A DNA stretch of 64,000 bases from a virus. A program made the translations under genes and the position numbers. Numbering within the stretch: the first letter of the stretch is position 1; every line of letters begins with the position of its first letter. The DNA is taken from IMG/VR virus record IMGVR_UViG_3300042503_001836, positions 32,001 to 96,000 of that record; one strand, written 5' to 3'. The notes below the pieces were generated by a model. The model was not told the origin of the DNA and did not search any database. It worked only from the letters and a program-made list of their open reading frames with translations. Shown here piece by piece: positions 52,301-58,100 of the stretch.

Positions 52301-52474
52301 TTTATTTAAGTCAGCTAAACTATCATCGTCAACATTAATTTCTAAATTAATTTTATCAAAACTTTTTTCAATACTTGCAGCCGCTTCATAGGCTTTCTTT
52401 TTAGCCTGTTCTAGAGATTTTTCTAATTGTGCAGTATCAGCACACAATTCAACAATTAACTCACCTAAATTCAT
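37322..52474 (-). CDS. giant tape measure protein with peptidoglycan-hydrolase domains
   Basis: Located after the tail chaperone; N-terminal LGELIVELCADT; SPSK motifs; tape domain QILAKGKLSMEELRQQLGE; M23, LDT-like and lysozyme motifs; FADGG..GERV C-terminus. Confidence 0.92.
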   Translation of the reverse strand: MNLGELIVELCADTAQLEKSLEQAKKKAYEAAASIEKSFDKINLEINVDDDSLADLNKHLNLKVQHLKEVNKYFNNNPIVVNVDDDQLVDLNKHLHTKVQHLKEVNKYFDSNPIAVNTDVTKLDELEQRLGNLSSKRYIIETEENLDIKITDSSKQEVSQSIAEGIEKGILSAISGVSSSIENAFIDAISKGVKSSDSVVNANTQEVVEELKTMFGGIKEITGNSQIDQAVSIILKPGKDLLTGFLEGISMGFGSEISKGMRQSIKKNANIDMSDVGEKAADSFLNSFGVGIKTKKSSKSGVKSFKENIAKDNPSVISSTVSEINTAFSDSINISVESIAQRAKLATIRQVRKSASSVTQNSSSGVQNAVGWFFDAAESGKKDSTSTFIGQGLASESKKVVEIAFDKLLPNTAPIIKDFLSKGVLNKPVTPVVKSSSDVLKEAAADLKNAAKALSDASIGMKSESQAVSKSKTSKPFVSEVISDPWKDSAPLPKQPPAKENKVPLPPPAKKRELEPIPVNIPEQIKPLFQTIQSEIVKNIDISQGYKDATAAENKLIPLPPVSSDKTANTKKYAQTSLDEIDKALTSIKKYFADEYKRIQAKVKQATAVGTHEELKSARAEVVTFISRSKEAVATVDKYVKMGEDAGFSKDINSELSGIHGRAKSPLENNRKNAGHLEGKLNLADKKLFDQQLKGYTELAQQHGVEIPKGLQNGIKHGAGGVSNAARVMLDDFIKVVQTKMQIQSPSWLMFEMGLMITSGLFLGMQKGNSKVAQGARQMVSTVTDIVGAVKTFADPALGATSVIPGLTSISTYGSAGLSATDTGLKILGKVGERHAANPSETLFQSVGGSAKDFVNSIVADKTLTTPRAAFDHTINIAKAGALGLGANPMTVSAVDAAQAGMTALLRNSAITKAVTQAHGQTKAKLQADTSLDYMSTFKSVLNDNLKDLKLSKSEIVRAISSVMKVVPTGLGTGANSNFATAGYGVDAVVDTLSVPLDLYRKSKSKVGQGLPVKDAIASSVADYGAPQGIANVVGSLGAKLHSPLNNFIKIGKQTNEGLSQGILSTVALSSKAINTTGDAIQNQIKQNMGISSPSKVMIALGVMIASGLAIGIKQGVVDVSGASQLLAKAVDTGIKELDLFNSENINTYDSIVENAVDGSAKATKGVYEQSNKHEKKTTFGSILGASMVALGNTGILGNKLSEPVKHLGAYYQGNTDVHKLQGRTAREAELAVMYRSMLDFASKNKTTKIPSNWEVGSGTVGNEVSQIPGFKNLHYTLGGFNYGRNKEGGLQISDVYDWTHDTNLMTGFSTPFGIATKLNNFLLKHPKLAQNMGLKYLDKYKGYGKVDNDNNTLFALSGHPQQKEFQLSDKAHSIIGGKPYIQSHTVSSEKLKQLQEKARTAFNSNADYNAFTQHPEIKSYLEEFDQPANPLSNLLSGVKKDFGSDTILGNLFNSAKSAFSKGGSLKDIGINLITSFGQGFLSANGGVLGIVTKFATGILSTIKRIFGIASPSKVMLEMGLDFGEGFEDGAVAALVLANKRIADLMVKTVNESKTATESQKALVANYAANIDAYHQTIAKGYKEGKYNKSKDLNVAQDLAEGVIEGKSIAAYLGLSNYFKPQISSILQQSKRAVNSLPEDYEAQNTENVPATNRNLGQQRTNLASTVQQTQQTRPHLSTRTQATQPYPPIRINLNALMAGNMSRLFDSYSQIPDPWTTAPRPVPPVPPRPPVPPRPPVPPVPPRPVPPVPPVPPVPPVPPSPPTPPSPPSPPTPPTPPIPPVPPTMMSQYLSLGKDLITNLFTAVSDSVRQSTLSGYASLGQVMRNAVNAALFSLADTLKQPLYQGLLSQTRSIMPWFMKFIPKTLQLVPMLKPLIPVLGGLTLGLGNAIIKNLLNNDVLKPGGFLTKLLSSVTRIDLSSLSGQKTHGILGGISQMMNPVPSMFPLPSIVGGGGLASMGLGMFGMFMNTFGGILGLDQSSRSNPRNQAPTVEQVLQEQTSANRKKAGLGNAKGTQASQQLIENLGNTAIDSVLENLNIPMIPTSVIQGLTGNKLKQQSGTIVNTINSLGTQRNKVEKALEGVSQFSPISPQVLDAMTKQALRRRGVNKTTRDAMTDAQLDAARQNILNNPIAATNNERKLMQAMGDIERSRAVLGDDKAQGKLDSLTAKVLSERGVAFKTFQQMRDSGGLDTFRQSLVNAPRSTGFVGRLTEAYAGNDQEAMKGLLLEGLRKAGMSSQQLKNIDPKLLDTATAGLMASLTGLQAKFKEKGFDMGKSIAEGFKDSVRNLANAKDDLEYNAKKALGQANFGDAVGVIFKRMSRGTVATQDQFKEMYNQMGSGVKKVLFSDPKEADATFPNVLQFMGSIAATLAPVTSLFASLSPLFLPLAPIIGGIGAAVSMVSPHVARLMDGIQRVEVLQRRFTFLGGSKAGGEAEFKYAKDIANKMNVPSEVAANSYSQLAIAARDSKMEGQGVRDLFEGITASLSALGITGQDASLVFMAYTQILAKGKLSMEELRQQLGEKFPPAMGVFAKAMGVSVPEMNALISSGSVLSQDILPKVAKVLKQDYGNSAASQAGGLVVALNKLGNVGFEITTIFTDKLGGTLGFFVSTFADGLSLFSKSLGALIPLGQSFAIGFAATIAIGLTVIMTKFKPLVTLLGSLQHLLMATFSVMATNMMPLIVGITADVADNWLGAEKDLISNMNSGVGNLVVALFSTIDSVMRSMSDGNVSFSSMFGSLVQGAEQAGNIIDGLKGVFSGFFKVIPPGVVELLAMVFMFEQATALVKMALWPMITSVVGAAAGMFSSSAKAFIGFMTTMKAASELMLTSMGAANAAMDAGIARNKLFAASLGFLGKALTHIGVAFAILMFSKGDFSNPMGDSLKEATKELNNGLTEIRANVQKTADSFDKATNNVKKLGGSLADTLPSKGVQLDIRSFWGGGDFKWDDAIKARNKGQANPVMDFLGVGALGVAGAGAAYAANVGLASATTAASVAASTAMASNAALIASGASGPLMAVPLIGKLAMLLAPLFANPLTIILTAVVAFIAAITLATKALDLFAPKLTDKQKEFLNKPENKGIKSYFDTEDPNARLTNAQQQVIKYFEDQEKNIQNLKEFASSQGFTGKPSDFVADIKPLTIEQQQKFNANKDISNLNRQIEDNNNRRLAVLADAKARGASPQEIKDIQNSADFKNLENQSKQMRNTLAIKSSEFEVGDRLENRKIMEDLDKKIPQKKAEFEKLTVPTFFNRRDKKIKEEYEKAKEELQALENQRKNQEIIIKTSIQRAFDFKEIKNIDKQLEAATKRSVELNKALPSDKVRKEQGEVKQLIQQLYKKREDLVNSFGSPLPMLERMLKQEEEYKQKLQLGAVEGVTGNLIPAAVQKTQARIDQLKNMIAGAKPFDVRPMEEALYTQATNAVKDANTRFERATSANRIKSNLSQAKIYASSGTAQQIAPELSNIQLADLSSQRTLLTEKINSDQAALDKISQVIAAGGTNLNEAQAEFDKLRGDITKDREALAQNSQEMAKAQRDMKQALIDQTKQVAEYYRASVREAQAVSIEFQKAQKTLEGSRMQNKLREALIGAGDNIYTQFIEGLINIISQTTEMEKRQLDAKKQEIDYQNNIDDIKLRASELQRSLPGKIVPFDEDKIKEFDDQLRTVQGSVVGINSDVQEVVKSLGQDAVIATSGLNDAFKGLGDTVTGVGTKLDVTLGKLNQVTNENNSSDWAGNLLNTVGRVFGGITSAVSSAITPPTTQDAASATPAPTVIPTVANQFTSPIKNTTIQDLINYKPTFGQSVMGQRPGRLHNKVDFDSRVKGGAGAEVIASLAGVAKLQKWGGQDAAVFVNSILPSGTKITIEYGHLALNSIKNTLGDLSKPVQVQAGQKLGNVLGHHLDFGVKANGRYINPQVFLANLAKGDYGAIASQPPATAKTKANTVTPASQSKGESVIRMQRLGQKDEFGLEKIQLAVIKQGKIVDRFIVNSGKADTQIFGGAGETKAGSKQPVEFGSYRLGKTTPSGNKAKMGNEFIRLEPDFKTERTAIGFHIDKDRLVDPGSSGCIVFANEAEFNKFKQALKSTGIKSFVFDQAVGAVEIAKNVASQVKPLPKRQPVPILPPVPGTIGIKNSSGISQGGNDLSPEEYAKLTPLGKQLYELRKNKYILALANAVANAEGSDFRKNTRNFGYGLTIGGENVTDFSKHPYVGTGRKPTWIKWINNSSTAAGRYQMMNFNASIQAAKKQFGKNAMPDMFKLTDYQGQDQPSFSPGMQDLYFIHSLKSRGVLDQVLKGQVDTSVLNKLALHYASIQSGKNRSAYKGQGTPQGQHGNFLKTYQENLNRLNQLVNTGGTLTPDEMQSNVTDATNLKFNTADGQNAANSMNTESQLLTDRTQQLLGLYRLLRQTTESMFQIQSSMKDTDLDIWKTIREGLSPNMSNVERFLIGYQELIRSLEKKREALEKTVRDTQGVIDNEKLLKAAFVASLEKFPDSPEQALNAINTNNEVFKTTVLQNIQAKKALAELNQNTPKILEARVEQFNREEISRRTGVTLQTEKLRISLLQKQVEQRKLLQQLNPLDPRSARTADLEANLALLNTENEYKEKLNAITNEENSRSISSEEAKKRRDYVKEEFERNKQNIELKQKNDRIAENANIPSRLLERVQFIQDSFKGVQESRSSLLKAYGLDFRAEKIDKQLAINNQQMDFAKATLQLDDFIRKNAEATEANKLTNEQINTLRENLKLTNEAKLDAIKLQFSELGTVVKGVTSSFRGGFKEFLLSTKGFGESVSDLFNSIMKGFLDPLADMASKRMTDALFGWTEGLFGNKKKDEKPTDGINAVKGLADLSVGANGLNLAGMTLNQAGQMLMQAALTLSSQTVANTAMDAGGDIFSSLLGGTFDILSGSVFNANSMGFNPTPGLFDAIPTDFGFATLPMFADGGIVGVMNKERSITGRKPHLIVASEGERVLNHKETAIWNKLQSGVAGFANGGVVGAGGNGSMASKIGNTTTINVPVSVEVGSDSEVDTYRLSQAVQAMVSDGIRREMRVGGSINRGNPYNR
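47120..47320 (-). repeat. 9-bp-unit tandem repeat encoding a Pro-rich linker (PPV/PPR/PPT/PPS)
   Basis: GGAGGTAC(A/T)-type units on the plus strand. Confidence 0.9.
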
Positions 52475-52536
52475 AATAATAATCTCCTCTTATAAAAAAA
52501 GATTGTAAATTCGTAATTAAAATTCGTAATTTACAA

Positions 52537-52935
52537 TCAAGGTAATAGCAGACTCAACGCGGACAGAACAGGAGCAGACAAACCATTAGTTTTAATTAAC
52601 TCGGTAATAATCGCTTCTGTCCGTTCACTGACTTTCCGATTATTCTCTTTAATTTCGTCTGCAAAGGGCAACAAGTCCACAAAATCAATACTCGGATCTG
52701 TTTCTTTTTTGAACCCGTTAAACAGTCCAGACCATCCGATAGCGTGAACCCTTGCCTCAATGTTTGACTGCTCTTTCCTGTTCTTTTCGAGTGCTTCAAT
52801 ACACTCAAAAACTATATGAATAGGCTGATCGAGAAAGGTATCCCAATCAGCAAATCTAGGGTCTAATATCCTGTAAGATTGGATTCTCCAGTAGATGCTA
52901 CTCCAGTCAATTGGACTGGTTGCTGTTGCTCCCCC
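52537..52935 (-). CDS. -1 frameshift extension of the tail assembly chaperone (gpGT-like)
   Basis: Start-less open frame PIDWSSIYWRIQ...LSLLLP* overlapping the chaperone 3' end; GGGGGAG at 52929-52935. Confidence 0.75.
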   Translation of the reverse strand, partial: GGATATSPIDWSSIYWRIQSYRILDPRFADWDTFLDQPIHIVFECIEALEKNRKEQSNIEARVHAIGWSGLFNGFKKETDPSIDFVDLLPFADEIKENNRKVSERTEAIITELIKTNGLSAPVLSALSLLLP

Positions 52936-53696
52936 TGGACAGCCGCATTAGTTACAGGTGCTTCTACTTGCCAACGACTGCGCTCATTTTCATAGAATTT
53001 GTAAATAGCCCCTACAAATTCATTACTACAACCTTTAGTATCTTCTTCTGTCCAATCTTCAGTACCAACCTGATATTTTTTCTCAGCTTTGTTGTACAAG
53101 AAACCAGTCACAGCTTCCAGATTTTCAGACACAGGCAATACATTAATATTCAGATAATCTTGCTCATTAGCAGGTTCATGATTACCGTTAACAACTACTA
53201 AGCAATCACCAAATTTAATTACCTGTCTATCTTTCAGATAAAAGTTAACAGGCGCAATTTTAATCTGAGTAGAATTAAATGCTACAGGTACTAACAATTC
53301 CACAGGGAAAGCTACCCGTTTTTGGATTAATAAAGTAGCTATAGCAATAGAAACAGAAGCACTATCAATGGCACTTAAAGAATTTAACTCAGTAAAATCT
53401 TCAATGTAGTCATAAATCACCGCAGAATTATCAACCTCAACACCACTATCAGCGTTGCGAGTTGGAGACAATAATTCTTGAGCCTCAGCAATAGTTACAC
53501 CACGATCTACAGAGATTTTTTTAACTAATTTAGAAGCAATAATCGCTGCTTTTTGACGTTTAGCGTCAATCATATCCACAGCACTAGCTTCGCCAACAGT
53601 TAAAGATCCGCGCTTTTCTAAATAGATAATTCCTGATAGATCATCACCAACTGGTACAATTTCGTATCTTGGTTTTTTATTAATTACTGGACGCAT
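52863..53696 (-). CDS. tail assembly chaperone (gpG-like)
   Basis: Between major tail and tape measure; probable start MRPVINKK. Confidence 0.75.
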   Translation of the reverse strand: MRPVINKKPRYEIVPVGDDLSGIIYLEKRGSLTVGEASAVDMIDAKRQKAAIIASKLVKKISVDRGVTIAEAQELLSPTRNADSGVEVDNSAVIYDYIEDFTELNSLSAIDSASVSIAIATLLIQKRVAFPVELLVPVAFNSTQIKIAPVNFYLKDRQVIKFGDCLVVVNGNHEPANEQDYLNINVLPVSENLEAVTGFLYNKAEKKYQVGTEDWTEEDTKGCSNEFVGAIYKFYENERSRWQVEAPVTNAAVQGEQQQPVQLTGVASTGESNLTGY

Positions 53697-53922
53697 ATTC
53701 AATCTCCAAATTATCATCTGAGTCTGCAAAAACTTGATAGGTTGCCACCATCTGAACTGAATCAGGGATTTTAATTTTGTAGGTAGATTTGTCATTAGAA
53801 ACAATAATTTCTCCAGATAAACCACCCCTAAAAACTGCCGCACCACAAAGCAACCTATCTTGAGCAATGCGGCAGTTGATTAAGATAGCCAGTAAACCTG
53901 TACTATCTTTCAAAACTTTCAT
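53680..53922 (-). CDS. hypothetical protein in the tail operon
   Basis: 80 aa, translationally coupled to neighbours. Confidence 0.6.
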   Translation of the reverse strand: MKVLKDSTGLLAILINCRIAQDRLLCGAAVFRGGLSGEIIVSNDKSTYKIKIPDSVQMVATYQVFADSDDNLEIEYASSN

Positions 53923-54680
53923 TAGAGGTTATAGGATGGGAAACCATTAGCTAAACCACCAGAAGCATAATAGGCAGGTGTCCAAATCCAATCGTCTTGG
54001 AACTCTAAAGTAAATGTATACTTCATTACTTCCATTGGTGTACCTGTCAAGTTTAAAGCGGTAGATTTAGCAGCACCTTCAAATCTAGATCCGTTAGGAT
54101 AGGTAGCGATAGCATACAATTCACGGTTCATGTACACAGGATCAAAGTGTGTACGTTTAATAAATTGTTCTAAGGCAATATCACCTACATACTCAATACC
54201 TTCTACAGATATTTCCCGTTTAGAACGGATAATAGCAGAGCTAGTACCAGAACCGGATTGAGAATGGGTGGTATCAACAACAGTAGGAGAAGGCTGTAAC
54301 CCAAAGCTGGTAATTCCCAATAATGGGAACATATCTTGCACTAAACGAGATGTAGAATTGACGGCAATGGGATCTAACAGAGGTGCAATACTCAAAGTAA
54401 CGGCAGTTGTACCGTTGAGAGTTGCGTTAGCTAACACTAAAGCCTGTTGTCTGTTAAGAGGATTAGAAGGTGCAACAAAATTTAAAGAAGTACCCGCAGC
54501 AATTGTGTAAGTAACACCAGCAGTAGTAGCAACACTGAGAGTAGTAGCACCTTCAGCCGCACCAGATGGAGCGGTAATAGTTGCACTGGTAACACTCCGA
54601 GTATTTTCAGGTAGCAACTTCAAATCTAAAGTATAGTTTTGAAGAATTACAGTTTGTACGGGACGATTAGCAGTTGCCAT
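53922..54680 (-). CDS. major tail tube protein
   Basis: Position; VVDTT...ISVEG...YPNGSRFEGAA...KYTFTLEFQ tube-like pattern. Confidence 0.75.
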   Translation of the reverse strand: MATANRPVQTVILQNYTLDLKLLPENTRSVTSATITAPSGAAEGATTLSVATTAGVTYTIAAGTSLNFVAPSNPLNRQQALVLANATLNGTTAVTLSIAPLLDPIAVNSTSRLVQDMFPLLGITSFGLQPSPTVVDTTHSQSGSGTSSAIIRSKREISVEGIEYVGDIALEQFIKRTHFDPVYMNRELYAIATYPNGSRFEGAAKSTALNLTGTPMEVMKYTFTLEFQDDWIWTPAYYASGGLANGFPSYNL

Positions 54681-54721
54681 AGTTTAAAAATCCTATTTGA
54701 GATTAAACAAAATTAAAAAGA

Positions 54722-55333
54722 TTAAGCAGTTCTAGCTACGCGGATATTGCTATAGAAAGCATCTAAATCCACGCTAGGGGCATTACCTTGAGCATCAACT
54801 AAGTTAATAATTGCACTAGCGTTAGCTGCCGTACCTGCTGTACCATTCAAACTACCGTTATAAAGAAACAAAGTAGGACGGATAGAGACTACAGATCCCG
54901 ACTTAACGTAGGTTAAGCGAATACCCCAAGTAGTTGGAGTAATGGCAGGAGGTGTAATTGTTAAAGTTGTGCTGTTAGCAGATGAACTACTAGCAGAAGG
55001 CGCAACGCTTAAAGTAATAGATGTAGTGCTATTAACAGCAGTTACAGTGTTAGCAGAAATAGTACCACCGCCACTATCTACTGTTACGACATCACCCACT
55101 CGCACAGATGCAAAACCATCAGCAGTAGTAGTGGTAATAGTGGTGTTACTCGCTACTAAGTTACAGCCAGCTACATTAAACGCGCTGGGAGTAATAGACG
55201 CATGGTTGAAAGGAAGAAAGTAAGACTCTTCTGAACCTGTATCAACTTCTACCGCAGTACCCGCATTGATAACCGCGTTAGTTGAGTTTGTAGTAACAGA
55301 TTTTGGACGACTAAAATCTAAAGTGATGGGCAT
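54722..55333 (-). CDS. virion structural protein (Thr/Ser/Ala-rich)
   Basis: Composition and position in the neck/tail block. Confidence 0.55.
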   Translation of the reverse strand: MPITLDFSRPKSVTTNSTNAVINAGTAVEVDTGSEESYFLPFNHASITPSAFNVAGCNLVASNTTITTTTADGFASVRVGDVVTVDSGGGTISANTVTAVNSTTSITLSVAPSASSSSANSTTLTITPPAITPTTWGIRLTYVKSGSVVSIRPTLFLYNGSLNGTAGTAANASAIINLVDAQGNAPSVDLDAFYSNIRVARTA

Positions 55334-55337
55334 AACA

Positions 55338-55706
55338 TTAAATTACAATAGGGTCAAAAATGAGGATTCTGCTTTGTTCTAAAGTGTCTGACGCTGCCGG
55401 AAGATGGGTATAGCGAGTCACATTAAAACGTTTTTCAATCTTGGAAACTGCTAGAGGTAGATTAGAGTTTTTAGCCCAATTCCTCAAAGTCACTTCCCAT
55501 AATTGTGGTTTGTACTTATACCCGGCACTAGTAGCCATAGCTACAGTATCGGGAGTTTCTTTAATCAAACATTCAAGCCCGTTACTAGAAGAAGGAGGTT
55601 GAGAAGAACTCCCATAAACCCAAACGGAGGGAGTTCCATTTGAGTAAACACCTAGCTCCGTAGCTAACAAAGTGGTTAAAATCCTTCTTAAATCAGCTAC
55701 TTTCAT
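55338..55706 (-). CDS. putative tail terminator
   Basis: Size and position before the major tail gene. Confidence 0.5.
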   Translation of the reverse strand: MKVADLRRILTTLLATELGVYSNGTPSVWVYGSSSQPPSSSNGLECLIKETPDTVAMATSAGYKYKPQLWEVTLRNWAKNSNLPLAVSKIEKRFNVTRYTHLPAASDTLEQSRILIFDPIVI

Positions 55707-56088
55707 ATTGCACCTGATAAGAATTTTTTAACGCACCTGTATCAACGATATCTCTAGGAGAATCAACAATAGCACCACTTTTTCTAACTGTAGTGCGCGG
55801 CCATTGCCACCTAGTATCGCTAATATTTAATTGACAGTTTTCACCAAATCCTTCGGACATTTTTAAAAATGCCTCTTTGAAGCTTTCGGATTGGGAAAAA
55901 CCATCAGCATAATTTTCTAAAAAATCATATTCTTTGATAGCTACATCTACCCAAGGTCGGGCAGGTTTTACATTACCATTAACAGAAGTTGTACCCTCAT
56001 GAACCATAGCAGCATAAGGTGTATTCCAAGAATGAATTGCCTTAAGTTTTTTAGGAATATTAATTTGATTCCAGTTAACTTCTACCAT
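55693..56088 (-). CDS. neck / tail-completion protein (HK97 gp10-like)
   Basis: TPYAAMVHEGT...PARPW and IVDTGALKNS motifs. Confidence 0.7.
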   Translation of the reverse strand: MVEVNWNQINIPKKLKAIHSWNTPYAAMVHEGTTSVNGNVKPARPWVDVAIKEYDFLENYADGFSQSESFKEAFLKMSEGFGENCQLNISDTRWQWPRTTVRKSGAIVDSPRDIVDTGALKNSYQVQYESS

Positions 56089-56092
56089 TTCT

Positions 56093-56518
56093 TTACACCT
56101 TACTAGCTATGGTTAAAGTACCTTTTATATACTTATTTCTAGATATTAAATAATTAGTAATCCGATTTTGAACAACTGGTTTGAATCTCCAGATACCGAC
56201 GGTTTCCATTCCTTGGGCATCAGTTAAAACTCCCGTTGCTATAGATTCATAACTGATTTCTGGAGGTAACTCTGAAGTTAATCTGCCTTTAAGTCGCATC
56301 ACTTGTTGTCCTATTTCTGCCACTTCAGGAATAACGCTAGGTTGAGAGTCATTGCTTACCGTTGCTGTCACCACAACATTAGTAGAACTTTCAACTAAAT
56401 TCCCCACAGCATCCTCAATAAATTGTCCGCCACCCACTTTAAAAGTTAAGATTAAATTAGTCGCAAAATGCGGCTGATTTACATAACCAATAGTTTGGGA
56501 AACATAGGACTCTATCAT
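56093..56518 (-). CDS. putative head-closure protein
   Basis: Size and position; EDAVGNLV motif. Confidence 0.5.
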   Translation of the reverse strand: MIESYVSQTIGYVNQPHFATNLILTFKVGGGQFIEDAVGNLVESSTNVVVTATVSNDSQPSVIPEVAEIGQQVMRLKGRLTSELPPEISYESIATGVLTDAQGMETVGIWRFKPVVQNRITNYLISRNKYIKGTLTIASKV

Positions 56519-56930
56519 GATTTACTTTGCTGATTTTATTGTTAAATATCCAGAATTTGCAGGTGAGGAAACTAAGTTTGATTTATTTATGACTGATGTT
56601 TTGTCAGAAATAAATATTTATAATTGGGGAACTTTAAGAAACACAGCAACAGAATTGCTAATAGCTCATAAAATCTCCATTACTAAACCTAGTGAGAACA
56701 GCGACTACACGGCAGGAACATTAAGAATTTTAGAAGTAGAAGATGATTCTTACCGAGTGGAATTACAACAGTTAGCCAACAACAGTTATGCTTTGAGTAA
56801 ATACGGATTGGAATACCAACGACTCTTAAAAATAGTTACCTATTCCAGTGATGAAAGGGCATCTTTTACAAAAGGAACTTCCATCACTGGAACAACAGGT
56901 ACTAACAAGATCCGATGGTCACAGTACTAA
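56517..56930 (+). CDS. head-tail adaptor (DUF4054-like), opposite strand
   Basis: F..KYPEFA, LLIAH, SKYGLEYQRL pattern. Confidence 0.7.
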   Translation: MIYFADFIVKYPEFAGEETKFDLFMTDVLSEINIYNWGTLRNTATELLIAHKISITKPSENSDYTAGTLRILEVEDDSYRVELQQLANNSYALSKYGLEYQRLLKIVTYSSDERASFTKGTSITGTTGTNKIRWSQY

Positions 56931-58087
56931 GCTACTTCCACTTTTCTTGCACCGATAAACCGAGGATCGGGTACTAAGGGGAAACCGCGACCAGCTACAG
57001 TAATTTTTTCTTGGGGTGGTTCTTTACTAACTATTTCAGTAGTTGTAACTAAACCACCTGCAAAGTTATTAGATGCAGTGGGTACAATTGCCCGTTCAAT
57101 ATAGTTATCGGTTGCAAAGAAATAGTGGTTAGCTGGGATGTAAGGAAGTGTTTGAGTGCCGGACACAGTTGCACCACGTTGGTAGTAGAAAGCATCAGAT
57201 ACGATGATCTGAGTAGTTCCATACTGACCACCACCAGCAATTAAACGCTTGTTAATTGCGTCACTTACAGCCTCTAGAGATGGAGGAGGTAATTGACCAA
57301 TAGCAGTAGCGTCTGGTGCGCCAACTTCCATTAACACGCCAGTATTACGAGCTACAATTGCCTTAGTGCTGTTCTGATTCCGTAAATCATTAGCTGTTTT
57401 ACGAGACATGACAATAAACGGAGGGAACTTCTTCAGGTTGTTGTAGTATTCGTTCATGTGGTTAACAATATCGTTGATACCGTTAGCTGTTACCCAATTA
57501 CTCCATACTGCCGAACCTGTCAAAGCAGAAGCTAGATTACCGTTAGGGATTTGACCAATGTAACTAAGGTTAGCAGTAATGCCTGATACAGGATCAGCGT
57601 AATTACAAGCACCTGTACAAGCAACCTGTAAAGACATTACAGTATGTAAGTTAATTAGAGATTGGGTAAGCATTGCCGGAACAGCTAAGAACATATTGCG
57701 AATAGCTTCGGCAGCTTGACCATTACCAGTTAAAGCTAATTGTTCAGCCTGACGGGCAACAATAAAATCCTCTTCAGTGATTAAACGAGATTTAGCAAGT
57801 TTAAAGTTACCAAAAGTTTCTTGAGTAACAGTGATGCGCTCGCTATCTTTAGGGATATCGCCATCAGTTGCCACAACATAACCCACAGTTGGGGTATAGG
57901 AACGCAACTTTAATAATGCCAGGATAGGATCTGAGTATTGGACAAAAGGAAAGAAGCGATTTAATGCAGGGTCAGGATAACCGTCGCGGTAGACCTCGCC
58001 TGTACTGGAGACTGTAGATAGCTGCAAGTCAATAGCACGCTGAACTACACCAGGTTGATTGTTTACTAATTCAATAATTGAAGGCAT
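56927..58087 (-). CDS. major capsid protein (lambda gpE-like)
   Basis: 386 aa, downstream of protease and decoration genes; W...TA..INDI..., IVMS pattern. Confidence 0.8.
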   Translation of the reverse strand: MPSIIELVNNQPGVVQRAIDLQLSTVSSTGEVYRDGYPDPALNRFFPFVQYSDPILALLKLRSYTPTVGYVVATDGDIPKDSERITVTQETFGNFKLAKSRLITEEDFIVARQAEQLALTGNGQAAEAIRNMFLAVPAMLTQSLINLHTVMSLQVACTGACNYADPVSGITANLSYIGQIPNGNLASALTGSAVWSNWVTANGINDIVNHMNEYYNNLKKFPPFIVMSRKTANDLRNQNSTKAIVARNTGVLMEVGAPDATAIGQLPPPSLEAVSDAINKRLIAGGGQYGTTQIIVSDAFYYQRGATVSGTQTLPYIPANHYFFATDNYIERAIVPTASNNFAGGLVTTTEIVSKEPPQEKITVAGRGFPLVPDPRFIGARKVEVA

Positions 58088-58100
58088 CTTCTAGCACCAC

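Noticed and set aside
53697-53867. N-terminal extension of the chaperone ORF in the track; likewise 26604-26702 for gpL
   Set aside because: These extensions overlap upstream genes in another frame; the internal ATGs at 53696 and 26603 fit better.
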